NCBI GenBank assembly: GCA_031835245.2
Contig: JAVKOQ020000035.1
Span: forward strand, 248,001 to 286,237
Direction of reading: 5' to 3'
Source of the DNA: Balamuthia mandrillaris
Taxonomy: Eukaryota
DNA length: 38,237 bases
Made by a program: the position numbers and the translations under genes. The notes under the pieces were generated by a model, which saw only the letters and a program-made list of their open reading frames with translations, did not search any database and was not told the DNA's origin. Shown in pieces: positions 1 to 10,987 of this stretch. The first letter of the stretch is position 1, and each line of letters starts with the position of its first letter.

Positions 1-1401
1 TTACTATCTTTCTGGCGACTTTACCCTCAATCCTCCAACTCGATGCAAGATGCCGAACAAGTTTGTTGCTCTCTTCTTCTTGTTCTTCTTGTTCTTGTTC
101 TTCTTCTTCTTCTTCTTCTTCTTCTTCTTCTTCTTCTTGGATTATTTTGCTTATTTTGTATTTTAACCCAGATATCTTCCACCGTTTCTTGCTTTCATGC
201 CTTTGTTTTGGCGACTAATGCAATGCTTCAAGCGGTTCGCGCAGACGTGGGACAAGCAACACCTTTTCAATGCCGCCAAATATGGCATCGGCTTTGGTGT
301 AATCCTTTTCTCATCACTGCATGGAGACTATTCTGGTAACGCTCCAGTCTTTCCTCTCGTTCACTTAGTATCGCTAACCACGTATCTTCTCCTATCTATA
401 AAGTGTATTCGGACAACTGGAATGCGTCAAGAGTGTTGTGGGCAGTCCTTTTCGTGGTCAGCACGCTCTACACGTTCAGTTGGGATTATTTGATGGATTG
501 GGGCTTTGGCGAGTGGAAAAACAATCCCCACTTCCCGCTGCGACGCAAGCTCTTCTATCCTACCAAAAAATGGGTCCGTTCGCGTGCTCTCCTTCTCTTC
601 CTCTCTTCTGTTGTAATAGTGACACTCACTGCATTATTCTCGTTACATTGTTGCAGTTTTATTACTACGTTATCATCACAAATTTCTTCTTCAGGTTCTT
701 TTGGACGCTTACTATCAGCGGCTTGCCCTTTTACATTATGAACACAACTCTCTTGGGTTGGATTGCAGCTACCGTTGAGATTGTTCGGTATGTGCATGCC
801 TTGTTTTTTATCTGTCAATCCTTCTGTTTTTCCTTCACTTTCTTCTTCGTCATCCTTTTATTTTTAATCCCGCTTCTTCTCTTTCTTTTCTCTTTTCCCT
901 TCCTAATACTTGTTTCGCAATAACAGTCGTTTTCAATGGAGTATGATTCGAGTGGAATACGAACACATGTGCACCACCCGCAACGTGCTGACCTTCCGCG
1001 ATACCGACTTCATTCCTCTTCCCTTTGACGACCAGTCCATCGGCCACCACCACTCCTCCTCCTCCGGCCGCAGCTCCGACGACGAGTTCTCCAGAGAGTT
1101 TGCGCGCAAGGCTCGTCGTCACCCCCTCACCTCGCACTTCTTCTCCTCCAGCAGCAAAGAGGCCTCCCCGAAGAAGGCCGGTCACATGTCTCTGCGGACC
1201 CTATTTTCTTCCCCGTTTGACGCTTCCCGCCGCCGTCGTTCTGGAGAGGTGGACGAAGAGGAAGGAAGCGGGGGCTCGAGCGGAAACTCCTCTTCCTCTT
1301 CGGCTCCTTCTCGTTCGCTGTCGGAGGTCAGCAGCACCAGCGAGGATGAGGAGACGAGCGGCCTGCTTGCTAGGCACCATCACTCTGGCCTTATCAACTG
1401 A
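1..1401 (+). CDS. 3' part of an EXS-domain (XPR1/SYG1/PHO1/ERD1-type) membrane protein; multi-exon, 5' end outside window
   Basis: Spliced exons (approx. 1-60, 172-335, 403-573, 657-788, 926-1401) read ...FLAFMPLFWRLMQCFKRF..HLFNAAKY..STLYTFSWDYLMDWG..LRRKLFYP..YYYVIITNFFFRFFW..VEIVR..RFQWSMIRVEYEH. These are hallmark EXS motifs, followed by a Ser-rich tail and TGA at 1399-1401. Confidence 0.9.
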
Positions 1402-1555
1402 CCCTCTCCAATTTTTTTTTTTTGGCTTTTGGCTTTTTTGTTGTTTGCCTTCTTAAAGCTTTGTTGTTATTATTTATTATTCTTTTTTCTTTTTTTTTTC
1501 AAAATAAAAAACAAAAAAATAAACAAATTTTAATATCTATGAATAAACAAAGGAG

Positions 1556-1876
1556 ATGGAGAAGAACGTGAGCAAACGGCAGCAGTTGGACCAACGCGTG
1601 GCTGGCAGTTGGGAGTACATACGGTGGCGAAGGCGTTTGTGGGGGATGGGCCTGCTTACGGCCGGTCTGTTCGGGGGCTACCTCTATCGCGTGCTGCGGC
1701 GGGAGGACCAACCAGTTGCCTCCTCTTCTTCTTTTCCTCCTCTTCCTCCCCCTCCCCCTCCTTCTTCTTCATGGTACGCAGACGTACCAGCCACGCTTCG
1801 AAACTTATGGCGAACCATTACCAGCCACCTTGGTCTGCCTCCAACAGCAAAACAAAAAGACAAAAAACAAGACTGA
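1556..1876 (+). CDS. Small (106 aa) single-pass membrane protein of unknown function
   Basis: ATG-to-TGA intronless ORF after an A-rich leader. It has one hydrophobic segment (LWGMGLLTAGLFGGYLY) flanked by basic residues, then a Pro/Ser linker and an amphipathic-looking WYADVPATLRNLWRTITSHLG segment. Confidence 0.55.
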   Translation: MEKNVSKRQQLDQRVAGSWEYIRWRRRLWGMGLLTAGLFGGYLYRVLRREDQPVASSSSFPPLPPPPPPSSSWYADVPATLRNLWRTITSHLGLPPTAKQKDKKQD

Positions 1877-1950
1877 ATAATCTGTTTTGTTCGATGGTCT
1901 GCCGCTTTCTTCTGATCGACGACACAAACCCAATGTAATGTACAGCATCA
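1683..1950 (+). repeat. Direct repeat copy 1 (about 268 bp; 3' part of the small ORF plus its 3' flank)
   Basis: Near-identical to 2644-2911 (offset 961 bp; about 4 substitutions seen). Weaker similarity continues to TTCTTCAAACAAGTTAAA at about 2010 vs 3012. Confidence 0.95.
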
Positions 1951-2643
1951 CTGGCTCCGGTCTCTTCTCTCTCTCCCTCTCCCTCTTAAGCGTTCTTCAA
2001 ACAAGTTAAAGGAAAAGGAGGAGAAAGGGAACAAAAACGCACATGGACCTGGCCTCACATGTCGGCGCTGGGAGTGGTGCTCTTAGACAAGCCAAAAAAT
2101 AAAAAGTAAGCCCTTCCACTTGGCCCTTTTTACTGCAGGTCCAGGTGGCGCCACTCTTTACCTCCTCTCCGCCCTGAATTCGTACTGCTGTCCTTAGCGT
2201 GTAGGGTGATATCGGTATGGAATCCAGCAGCAGGAAAGGAGCACTCGGTGCATGAGCGCCTCACATGATAAGGTGACAAATGAGGTGTTTCACGAAGCGA
2301 AGCGTCATGTAATAAGCTGGTGTGGATCTGAGTTAAGCGATTCGAGCAGTCGATTTTAAACATGGAATGTCGTTCCATATAGAAATATATATATATATAT
2401 ATATCCATTCAACATTCAATGACGGTCATTGACATCGATATCCAGGTTCCTCAGGCTGTTCTATTGGAAGGATATCAATCGACATGGTGGTGCAACCCTC
2501 CTTTTTTTGTTTTGCACAACCAGTCAGCAAGACTAGCCATGGAAGCACCTAATACAGGCGGCGCACTCCAGGAAGAGGGATATGCTGCTGAAGCCGACAC
2601 TCTCAAAGGGAAAGGCAAGAAAACGGTAAAAAACTAGCTTTCT

Positions 2644-2911
2644 TCTATCGCGTGCTGCGGCGGGAGGACCAACCAGTTGCCTCCTCTTCTTCTTTTCCTC
2701 CTCTTCCTCCCCCTCCCCCTCCTTCTTCTTCATGGTACGCAGACGTACCAGCCACGCTTCGAAACTTATGGCGAACCATTACGAGCCACCTTGGTCTGCC
2801 TCGGACAGAAAAACAAAAAGACAAAAAACAAGACTGAATAATCTGTTTTGTTCGATGGTCTGCCGCTTTCTTCTGATCGACGACACAAACCCAATGTAAT
2901 GTACAGCATCA
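2644..2911 (+). repeat. Direct repeat copy 2: 5'-truncated duplicate of the 1556-1876 gene (pseudogene fragment or chimeric last exon)
   Basis: Starts mid-ORF at TCTATCGCGTGCTGCGG. It lacks the ATG and TM segment but keeps the frame to the same TGA (2835-2837). Confidence 0.9.
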
Positions 2912-2925
2912 GCACCAGCACCGGC

Positions 2926-2962
<37 letters not shown>

Positions 2963-3117
2963 TTAACTTAAAAACAAAAAGTTTTTTTTCTTCTTCAAAC
3001 AACAAGTTAAAAAACACCTATAGCTCTGTATAGCATTTGAAAAGGAGAGTAAAGTGGGTAAAAAAAACATACTTTGCACTTAACGAGAAAGGCGAGTCGT
3101 TGGCGTTGTTGGTGTTG

Positions 3118-3844
3118 TTACATCGCGGACAAGCTCTTCTGCAGTTTGGACTCCCTCTGCTTCAAGATCTTGACCAACTTCTTGTCCCCGCTGGATATCT
3201 TTCCTTTCTTCTTCGAGTCGGCGCCCTCTCCCTCCAAGCTGGCGATGAGCTGCTGCACCTTGGAGATCTCGCACTCGGTCTCCTCCTTCTTGCCCAAGAC
3301 GCGATGGTAGTCGAGGCTCAGCTGGAGCTTTCCCTCTCCCGGAGGAGCGCCCTCCACTGCCGCCTCGAAGGAGAACCAGTGCAGCTGCTTGACGCCGCCG
3401 CCTTGCTCGCTGAAGGACTTGGCCGCGGGGAACTGCAGCACGCCGATAGGGGTGGGCTTACCCATCACGTTGTATTGCACCGCCTCCACTTTGACTTTCT
3501 GTGGCTCTCCTGATTTTAGTACACTATTGCAGCAAGTGAGTTATGAAGAACATCTTCTGTCTTCTCTTCAGTCTCGCTCTCTCATACTCGCTCTAACTTG
3601 CTCACTTCTTAACAACAGAGAAGGGAGAGGAGCAAAAAGGGCAGGATACGTACAAGATAAAGCTTTCGTACCACTTGGGGTTGTTGGAGTTCATAACAAC
3701 CTTGGTGGTCTCTTTGTGACGTCCCACACGAACGGTGATGTAGGCATTGGCCTTGGTAGGTTTTCCCGACTGGTCCCTCGCCACAAGGTCTTTTGCTTGC
3801 AGCACTGTTTGTCGAACGTTAACAACGTCATTCCATTTAATGCT

Positions 3845-3884
<40 letters not shown>

Positions 3885-5472
3885 ACTACAGAAGAGAAAG
3901 GAGGCATTACCATCAACGTAGAAGATGTAGGAATCCTCTCCAAGTTTGATCTTGTGTTCCTTCTTTTTGGGTCTGGGCGGTCCCAAGTTGGCAAGGCCCA
4001 TTGATCCCATGATGGAGTCCTGAAAGACGCCTCCTCCACCTCCCTCTTTCTTTCTCTCCTCTCTTTCTTTCTTGAGCCTCTCCTTCTCTGCTTCTTTTTC
4101 CTTCTTGAGCCTCTCCTTCTCCGCCTCCTTTTCCCTTCTCACTCGCTCCTTTTCCATCTCTTCCAGCTGATCGTTACGTTCCTTGAGCATGCGGTCCGCC
4201 TCTGCCACTGAGTTGCGAACGTACTCCTCCAGCATTTCTTTTTTGTTGCTGAAGTGGTCCACTTCTGTTTCTACCTTCTCAATCTCCTCCTTCAAAGCTG
4301 CTAATGTTCCTAAGAGATTTGGTAGCTTATGTTCCACTTCTCTTAATTCTTCATTTTGTGCCGTTAGTGTGGAAGAAGGAAAAGGAGGATAACAGGAAAC
4401 GAACCTTTGACAGTTTTGTAGTCGCTGCTAGAGAGGAACTTGGGGACGGTGTCCGTTTGAAGAAGAAAGCTGATGGACTTTTGGGCCTCTTCGAAAAAGT
4501 TAATATTGGGAGTGCCGGTGGAGGCCTCCAGGTTGTTCTTCTCCTCTTGCATTTGTTGTTTCACTTTAGTGTTGACGTTGATCTCTGAGTCACTCTCCTG
4601 CAAGAGATATAAATGAGTAATGAAGATAATAACTACAGAGTATGGAAACAAAGAAAGAGAGAGAACAAAAGAAGAAACAAAGAGGAGGAGCAGAAGTGGA
4701 AGAAGAAGAAGAAGAACAAGAAGAAGAAGAAGAAGAACAAGAACAAGAAGAACAAGAAGAACAAGAACAAGAACAAGAACAAGAAGAACAAGAAGAACAA
4801 GAAGAACAAGAAGAAGAAGAACAAGAAGAACAAGAACAAGAACAAGAAGTGCTAAGACCTCTTTCAAGTATTTTTCATAAATATCAAAAGCTCGTTCGCG
4901 AAGAGCAGGTGCCGGTATTCCTATCTATTGTCAGCATTACAGCAAGAACAAAGCGTAAGAAAAAGAACAGAATTAAAACACAAAACGCACAAAAAAAATA
5001 CACAAAAAAAACAACAAACCCTATGGTTATGTTTGAAGTCTTCCACGGCAAGGTAAAAGTCAAAATTCTCAGAACAGAAGCTCTTGGCCAGGAAGACTCT
5101 GAACATAGTCTTCAACAGCTCGTCCTTCACAATGTTCTCGGGGGTGATTTCCTCGTCCTTCAACATCTCCACCTCCCCGCCCGTGGGAATAATCCCGCGC
5201 GGCAGCAGCGAGGCCACTCCCGAAGAAGCCAAGGAGGAGGCGGAGGAGCCCCTAGCGGAGGCCGCACGCCCTCTCGCCCGCCCAACGGCCCCATGGGACT
5301 CCCCGCTGCTCGTCAGGTCCACTTCGGAAGAGGAGTCATAGTAGGCGGCAGGGCTTGTGGCGGTTGTCGAATTGGAGTTGCTGAGCTGACCCCGTTGGAA
5401 GGAAGAGTCGGAGGAAGAGGAGGTCGACGAGAAGAGCTGGCTGCCAGAGCCTCTTGGTGAATTGCTGTGCAT
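3118..5472 (-). CDS. RGS-domain / coiled-coil / C2-domain protein, multi-exon
   Basis: Ser-rich N-terminus. RGS motifs FRVFLAKSFCSENFDFYLAVEDFK, AFDIYEKYL, SEINVN, FFEEAQKSISFLLQTDTVPKFLSSSDY lie over three exons. An E/K coiled coil follows, then a C2 domain (VLQAKDLVARDQSGK..NAYITVRVG..TTKVVMNSNNPKWYESF..G.LQLSLDY). Stop at 3118. Confidence 0.85.
4696..4849. repeat. Intronic (GAAGAA/GAACAA)n microsatellite
   Basis: Directly visible low-complexity array inside an intron of the RGS gene. Confidence 0.95.
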
Positions 5473-6300
5473 TGTCTTGCCTATGAGGTGCTTATCTTTC
5501 TAATTTTATTTTTTCTGTTCAAAAACCCCAACAAATAGTTTTTTTTAACCACAAAGAAGAATAATAATAAACAGAAGAAGAAGAATAAACAACGGCGAAG
5601 GTACCTTCTCTGTTTTTACTCCCCCGACGCGGTTCTGCTTGCTTTGTAAAAACGGTCAAACTTAAAAAACAAAAACCTTTTTCTTTTCGGTGTTAAATGC
5701 CCCCTTCCGCGCCTTCCTCTCTTCTCTTTCTCTTTCTCTTTATTTCTTCTCTGGGCGATGAATAACCGAATAATAATAAACAAAAAAAAATTATGGGGTG
5801 TGATTGCGTTCTCCTCTCATTTCGGTAACTCGTTGGCTTATGAATTGGACAGGGAGGGGGAAGAAATAAGGTGCCCCCGCCAACGAGTTGGCACCGCTTT
5901 GCCAAAACCCACCGCAACCACCCGCTAACCGTCGGCGGCGCCCCCCGCCATCACGGTGGCGGGCGTAACTCCCAACCATTAATGAAAAATTTCCAAACCA
6001 GAGCGCCAGGATGACCTCACCTACCGTCAATATTGTCGACTGGAAGCGAAAAGGGAGGAGGAAGGCACCACGCACTGCCGGCAGGAGAGAGGGAGAGAGA
6101 CGGGAGAGTGCAGGAAGGCCAAAGCTTGCCTGTTGCTGCCTAACAGGAAAAGCAAAAGAAAAAAAAAGTATTCCTACTGCTGCTTTGCTTTTCTTTGCCG
6201 TCCCCTGCACTCTTAATCTCGTCTTTTTTTGTTGTTTGTTTGCCGCCCGCATTTTTTTAGAGTATAGCAAAACGAAAAAAAAAAGTAAAGAGGCGGTGCG

Positions 6301-9300
6301 ATGCGAAGCAATGAAGAAACCATTTTGATAAGCTCCGGCCTGATCGCCAAACATGATCCGGAGGAGATCTACGAACTGACTGACATCCTTGGCAAAGGGT
6401 TCGTCGTTTTTCGCTCTTTGATGGTGGCTTCTCACCCAGTGGTCCTGTTTTTTTTTTAAAACTCATCACTCGCTCTCTTAAACAGCTCTCATGGGACTGT
6501 TTACAAAGCTATCAATCGTATGGATGGCACCATTGCGGCCGTTAAGAAGCTGCCGGACATCTTTCAGTCGAAGAAGGACTTGAAGGACAGCCTGAGAGAG
6601 ATCACCATTCTCAAAGAGCTGAACTCCCAGTTTTGCATTGAGTACTACAACAGCTACTTCAAGAATGGAGACCTTTGGGTACCATTTTGTGTTTCTTCTC
6701 GTTCTCTTGCCCTATGGTCTTCTCATTTCTGTTTCATTATCGTTTTCGGCTATTTCTTATAACTCATGTTGCTGTTGTATATGTTGTTTTGCTTCGTTCT
6801 TTGTTCTTCTTGTTCTTGTTCTTCTCCTTCTCCTCCTTCTGCTTCTGCTTCTGCTTCTATTCATGTTTATTTTTTCTCGTTCTTACATGTGTGATTCCCA
6901 TGGGATAGATCGCAATGGAGTATTTCGATGCGGGGTCGATAGGTGATTTGCTGGTGGTGAAAAAGCAAGCCCTCTCAGAGAGCCAGATTCGAATGATAGT
7001 CTACCAAGTTCTTAAAGGCCTAGAACACCTTCACTCTCGCCGCATGATCCATCGAGGCACGTTCTTCCTCCACTTCCTTCGCAAGTAGTTACAGCAACAT
7101 AACGCTCATTATGAACATCTAACTTGGGAGAGCAGACATAAAAGCAGGAAACGTTCTTCTCAACAAAAAGGGACAAGTGAAGCTCGCCGATTTTGGTATC
7201 ACTACTTTGGTTAGTCCCAACGAAAAGAAGAGTACCCAGATTGGAAGCCCCTTTTGGATGTCTCCTGAGTTGATTGTTGGAGATGGTTATGACCAAAAGG
7301 TCGCTTTTCCTTTTCTTTCGTGCTTAATGGTTTCTATGAAACGTTGTGTTCTGATCTCTTTGCTTTGTTACCCCAAATTGAGCAGACTGACATTTGGTCT
7401 CTTGGCATGACAATACTTGAGCTGGCGGAACCATTTCATCCTTTTTTCTCTCAAGAGCCTCTTTCTGTACCTTCTCTCTCACCTCTCTCTCACTCTCACT
7501 CTCACTCTCACTCTCTCTCTCTCTCTCTCTCTGTTTTCCCAACGCGCGACATATTCTAATGCATATGTTTCCACAGGCGGTCTTTCAAATAGTAAGCGGA
7601 CCTCCGCCACAACTGACCCGTAAAGAGGAATGGTCGCAACATTTTTTGGAGTTTCTCAATTTGTGTCTTGACAAGGACCCACAGCAACGGCCGGGCGCAA
7701 CGCAGCTCCTCCAACACCAATTTTTGAATATGCGGCCGAGAACCAACTCGACCTACCTTTTTGCCAGCCAAAGCGAGTCGAAGCAGACACCGCGAGAGAA
7801 GCTAGAGGAAATGCACAGTCCAACCACAACCAAGAAAATGGCAACCCCTTCTGGAGGTAGTGGCAACAGCAATAGCAATTCTTCAATGGACTGTCAGGCG
7901 TCTAACTCGCAGTTAGCCTGCGAGTATTTGACAGCCATGCAAGAACGGAATCTGCAAAGCCAGGTATATATTCGAGAGCGTCCTTTCTCTTCTCGTCCTT
8001 TTCCTGTTGTTTGTTGCGCTATCTCACTTTTTGTTTTCTAGCAAAAGCTGGCTGCGGATGCAAAAGAGGTAAGTTCCAAACACGTGTTTTACTTTGGTTA
8101 CCATACTGAAGTTTCTTTTTATTGAACGTTAAGGCGGTGGTGAAGATATTCTTGCAAGATAATTCTTATCGCAGTTTGCTTCTTAAAGAAAACGAGCAAA
8201 CGACTGAAGTTATTCAGCGGCTACGGAAAAAGGTTGGAGAGGTGCCCATGTTGCACACAGGCAATCTCAAGAAGTCTATGGTACCAGCATACAGCTCCCG
8301 CTTTGCGTTGGCTTTGTTGGTCTCCTCTTCTCCGGCAACCTCTTCCTCTCCTTCTTCATCGACCACGAAGCCCGCTCCCACTGAAATAGTGATGGGTGAA
8401 CATGATGTTCCTCTCGAAGCTATGAAGCAAAAACAGGATGAAGGTGAGCTCGTGTGGCTTTTGAAAGAAGTTCCAGACCAAAAGGTAATATTATTATTTT
8501 TATATGTCCGTTATGAGAAGAGTGAATAACTTCTCTTGCTGCTCTCTCTTTCTCTACCTCAAGGCCTTTGAGGAATTAGTTGCCGTTATTGAAAGATATA
8601 AAAAGATGGATAGTGATGGGGAAGAAAGCGAACAAACAACAATAGAAAACAGCGTCGCTCGGTTTCTAGCAAAAGAGGGAGCAAAGGAGCTCATCAATGA
8701 CTTTATCAACGTACTGCTAAAACCGCATCTGAGCGTCGTATCGGCCCTTTGTTCCAGCACAAGCGGCATTTCCCAACACAAAATGGATTGCATCGGTAAT
8801 GCCCTTATCATCGTGTTCGCAAATCATCGTCGTCTGGTAGATCTTTTCGTAAAGCTCTGCTCTATTGAAGTAGCGCATACAGGTACCTCTTTGGTTATTG
8901 TTGTTGTTGTTGCTGCTGCTGCTTCTTCTTGTTCTGCTTCCTCTTCTTTGTTCCTCCTTTTCCTGGTGATTCAATTATTTTGTTTTGTATAGTGTCAATA
9001 ACGGACCTGTTTCTGGCGGGTAGTATGATTGGCAAAATGTTACCAGCGTACATGAAAATGGCGCTGCAACCCTATCTACGAGCGGTCCTGATGCCCGTTA
9101 CCCAACTTTTATTTAAGCTGGATAAACCTCTCGTTGTACGTTTTTGCTCTCGTTTTTCCTTGTAATCAACAAGCATTATAACCTCAAGAAATACACCAGT
9201 TGGACCCCAGCATCACTAAATCGAAAGAAGAAACAAAAAAATGCATATCCAAGGTAAAGGAGATATGCAGAGTTCTAATAGAACGCCTTTTCGCGTCGAT

Positions 9301-9548
9301 GCCTGCGTTGCCATTGTACGTTTTGTTTTTTTAAAATGGCTAACTTGCAAGACGAGGGTTTTTTTTAAACATTGTTTCTTCCCATCTCTTTCTTGAAAGG
9401 ACGTTTCGGCGCATCTGTCAAAGGATGCATGAAATTGTAATTAATTGCTGGCCCACGAAGAGGCACATTGTTGTACAGTCTTTTCTCTTTACTAAGTTTT
9501 TATGCCCCGCCCTCGTTTCTCCTCAGCACTTTGGCCTAGTTGATGGTT

Positions 9549-9588
<40 letters not shown>

Positions 9589-10987
9589 GTTGACGTTTCT
9601 AATGCTAATAACGATTATCTTATGTAGCTAAAGTACCTGATAAGAGTGTATTTCGCTCCAGTGTACTTGTTTCCAAAACCATGCAAGCTATCGCTACAGG
9701 TGTTTACTTTGGAGAGCGAGAACGACACATGGCTGCACTCAACAAATTCGTGAAAGAGTGTTATCCTACTCTAGCAGAACACTTTCAAACAATAATTGTG
9801 CGTTACTCCTTTTTTTAAAAATTTCCTCTCTATGTACAAGTTATGTGTGGCTGATATTCATTCAAAAAACAAAAAAGGAATGTAAGCAACATTTACCGCC
9901 AACGCTAGCAAGCCGGACTCGCATGCAAAGCAAAACAATAGGAAGCGCTCCTCTCAAAGATGCATCCAACTCTGCAGTGAACAAGACAGAAAAACATATA
10001 CGCAGCTCATGGCTTTCCAGTTCTCCTCAACTGCAAATCAGCACCAGCTGCGACTCTCTTGATGCTCAGGTGAGGGATCGACCGTCCCTTTCCATGAACT
10101 CTCAGAAGCGGCCTTCCCTGGAGGGGCCTCCTCGCAGCATCAGCGTTGAATGCTTTCGCACAGCTCCCAAGTATGTCGAACCGGATGCGCAGAAGCGAAA
10201 GGAACGGGAAGAGCGCCGGAGAAGAGTAGAAGAGATAGAAAGAAAAATGAAAGGACTCCCCAATAACACGACCGACACGAAAACTCAAAGCCCTCCTGGA
10301 AGCCCTTCGCGTCTTTCGAAAAGCAGTGATGACCATCGGTACCGCCCCCAATCGACAGCAGCAGCAGCAACAGCAACGCATTCAGTTGGTTAGCACAGCG
10401 GCATCGGCCTCATCCGCTTTGTTGGAGGGCAGACCGCTGAAAATCGGCGGTGGCAGAACTGAATACTCACAAAAGGAGGAGCGAAAGCGCCGCGTTGCTC
10501 AAATAGAGAAGAAGCTTTTGGAGAAAGTCGACGGAGGAGGAAAAGCTGCTACGGTCTCACAAACGGAAGCAACAACTACTGTTGATGATAGTAAGGTCAC
10601 TCCAGCAGCAGCGCAAGCAGAAGGAGAAAAGGAGACCGAACACACAAGAGATGAAACGCCAAAAGAAGAAGAAAAGGAGACTGAACACACAAAACAAGAA
10701 CACACAAAAGCAGAAGAAGAAAAGACAAAAGAAGACGAAAGGGAAGAGAAAGAGGGAGAGGCGCGGCAAGAATGGCGAGCAGTAAGGAGGAACAGCCAAG
10801 CTGATGGCGACGAAGGGAGAGCGGTGAGCAGCAGGCGGAGGAGTCTGAAGAGGAAATGGGGCTCTGGTTTGCTGAAGAAGAGCACAGCAAAGCGGCGCTG
10901 CTGCTGCTACAATTGCTAAAGGATCCTGTTCTCTTTAATAAGGTCGCCAAGGCGATGAATGTGGAAGTTAGACTCCAACCCAGCTAA
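6301..10987 (+). CDS. STE20/MST-like Ser/Thr kinase fused to an RA-like domain and a RasGAP-like domain; multi-exon, 3' end uncertain (10393, 10919 or 10987)
   Basis: ATG at 6301 (MRSNEETILISSGLIAKHDPEEIYELTDILGKG|SHGTVYKA), then AAVKK, LW|IAMEYFDAGS, HR|DIKAGNVLL, KLADFG, IGSPFWMSPE, DIWSLG, CLDKDPQQRP. Next is VVKIFLQDNSYRSLLL..EVIQRLRKK (RA/ubiquitin-like), then a RasGAP-like region at 8564-9797 (DLFLAGS, YLRAVL, LDPS, FLFTKFLCPALVSP, SKTMQAIATG) and a charged low-complexity tail. Confidence 0.88.

Noticed and set aside
2059..2105. Peptide GVVLLDKPKN resembling the TruB N-terminal motif
   Set aside because: Only about 8 residues; no downstream GTLDP motif or supporting ORF.
2121..2135. 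GCCCTTTTTACT resembling U5 snRNA loop I
   Set aside because: Not an exact GCCTTTTAC loop, no closing stem or Sm site; better explained as a pyrimidine tract.
2630..2643. CTAG just before duplicate copy 2 as a Helitron 3' end
   Set aside because: No subterminal hairpin or identifiable 5' TC terminus.
4613..4880. Several ORFs (poly-E/Q, poly-K/N, poly-R/T, poly-F/L), including the start of the 272-aa + strand ORF 4642-5460
   Set aside because: Products of an intronic GAA/CAA microsatellite and the antisense of the RGS gene exon.
5693..6435. ORFs of 74-214 aa in the RGS/kinase intergenic region
   Set aside because: Low-complexity, UTR-like composition with no domain motifs; overlap the kinase 5' region.
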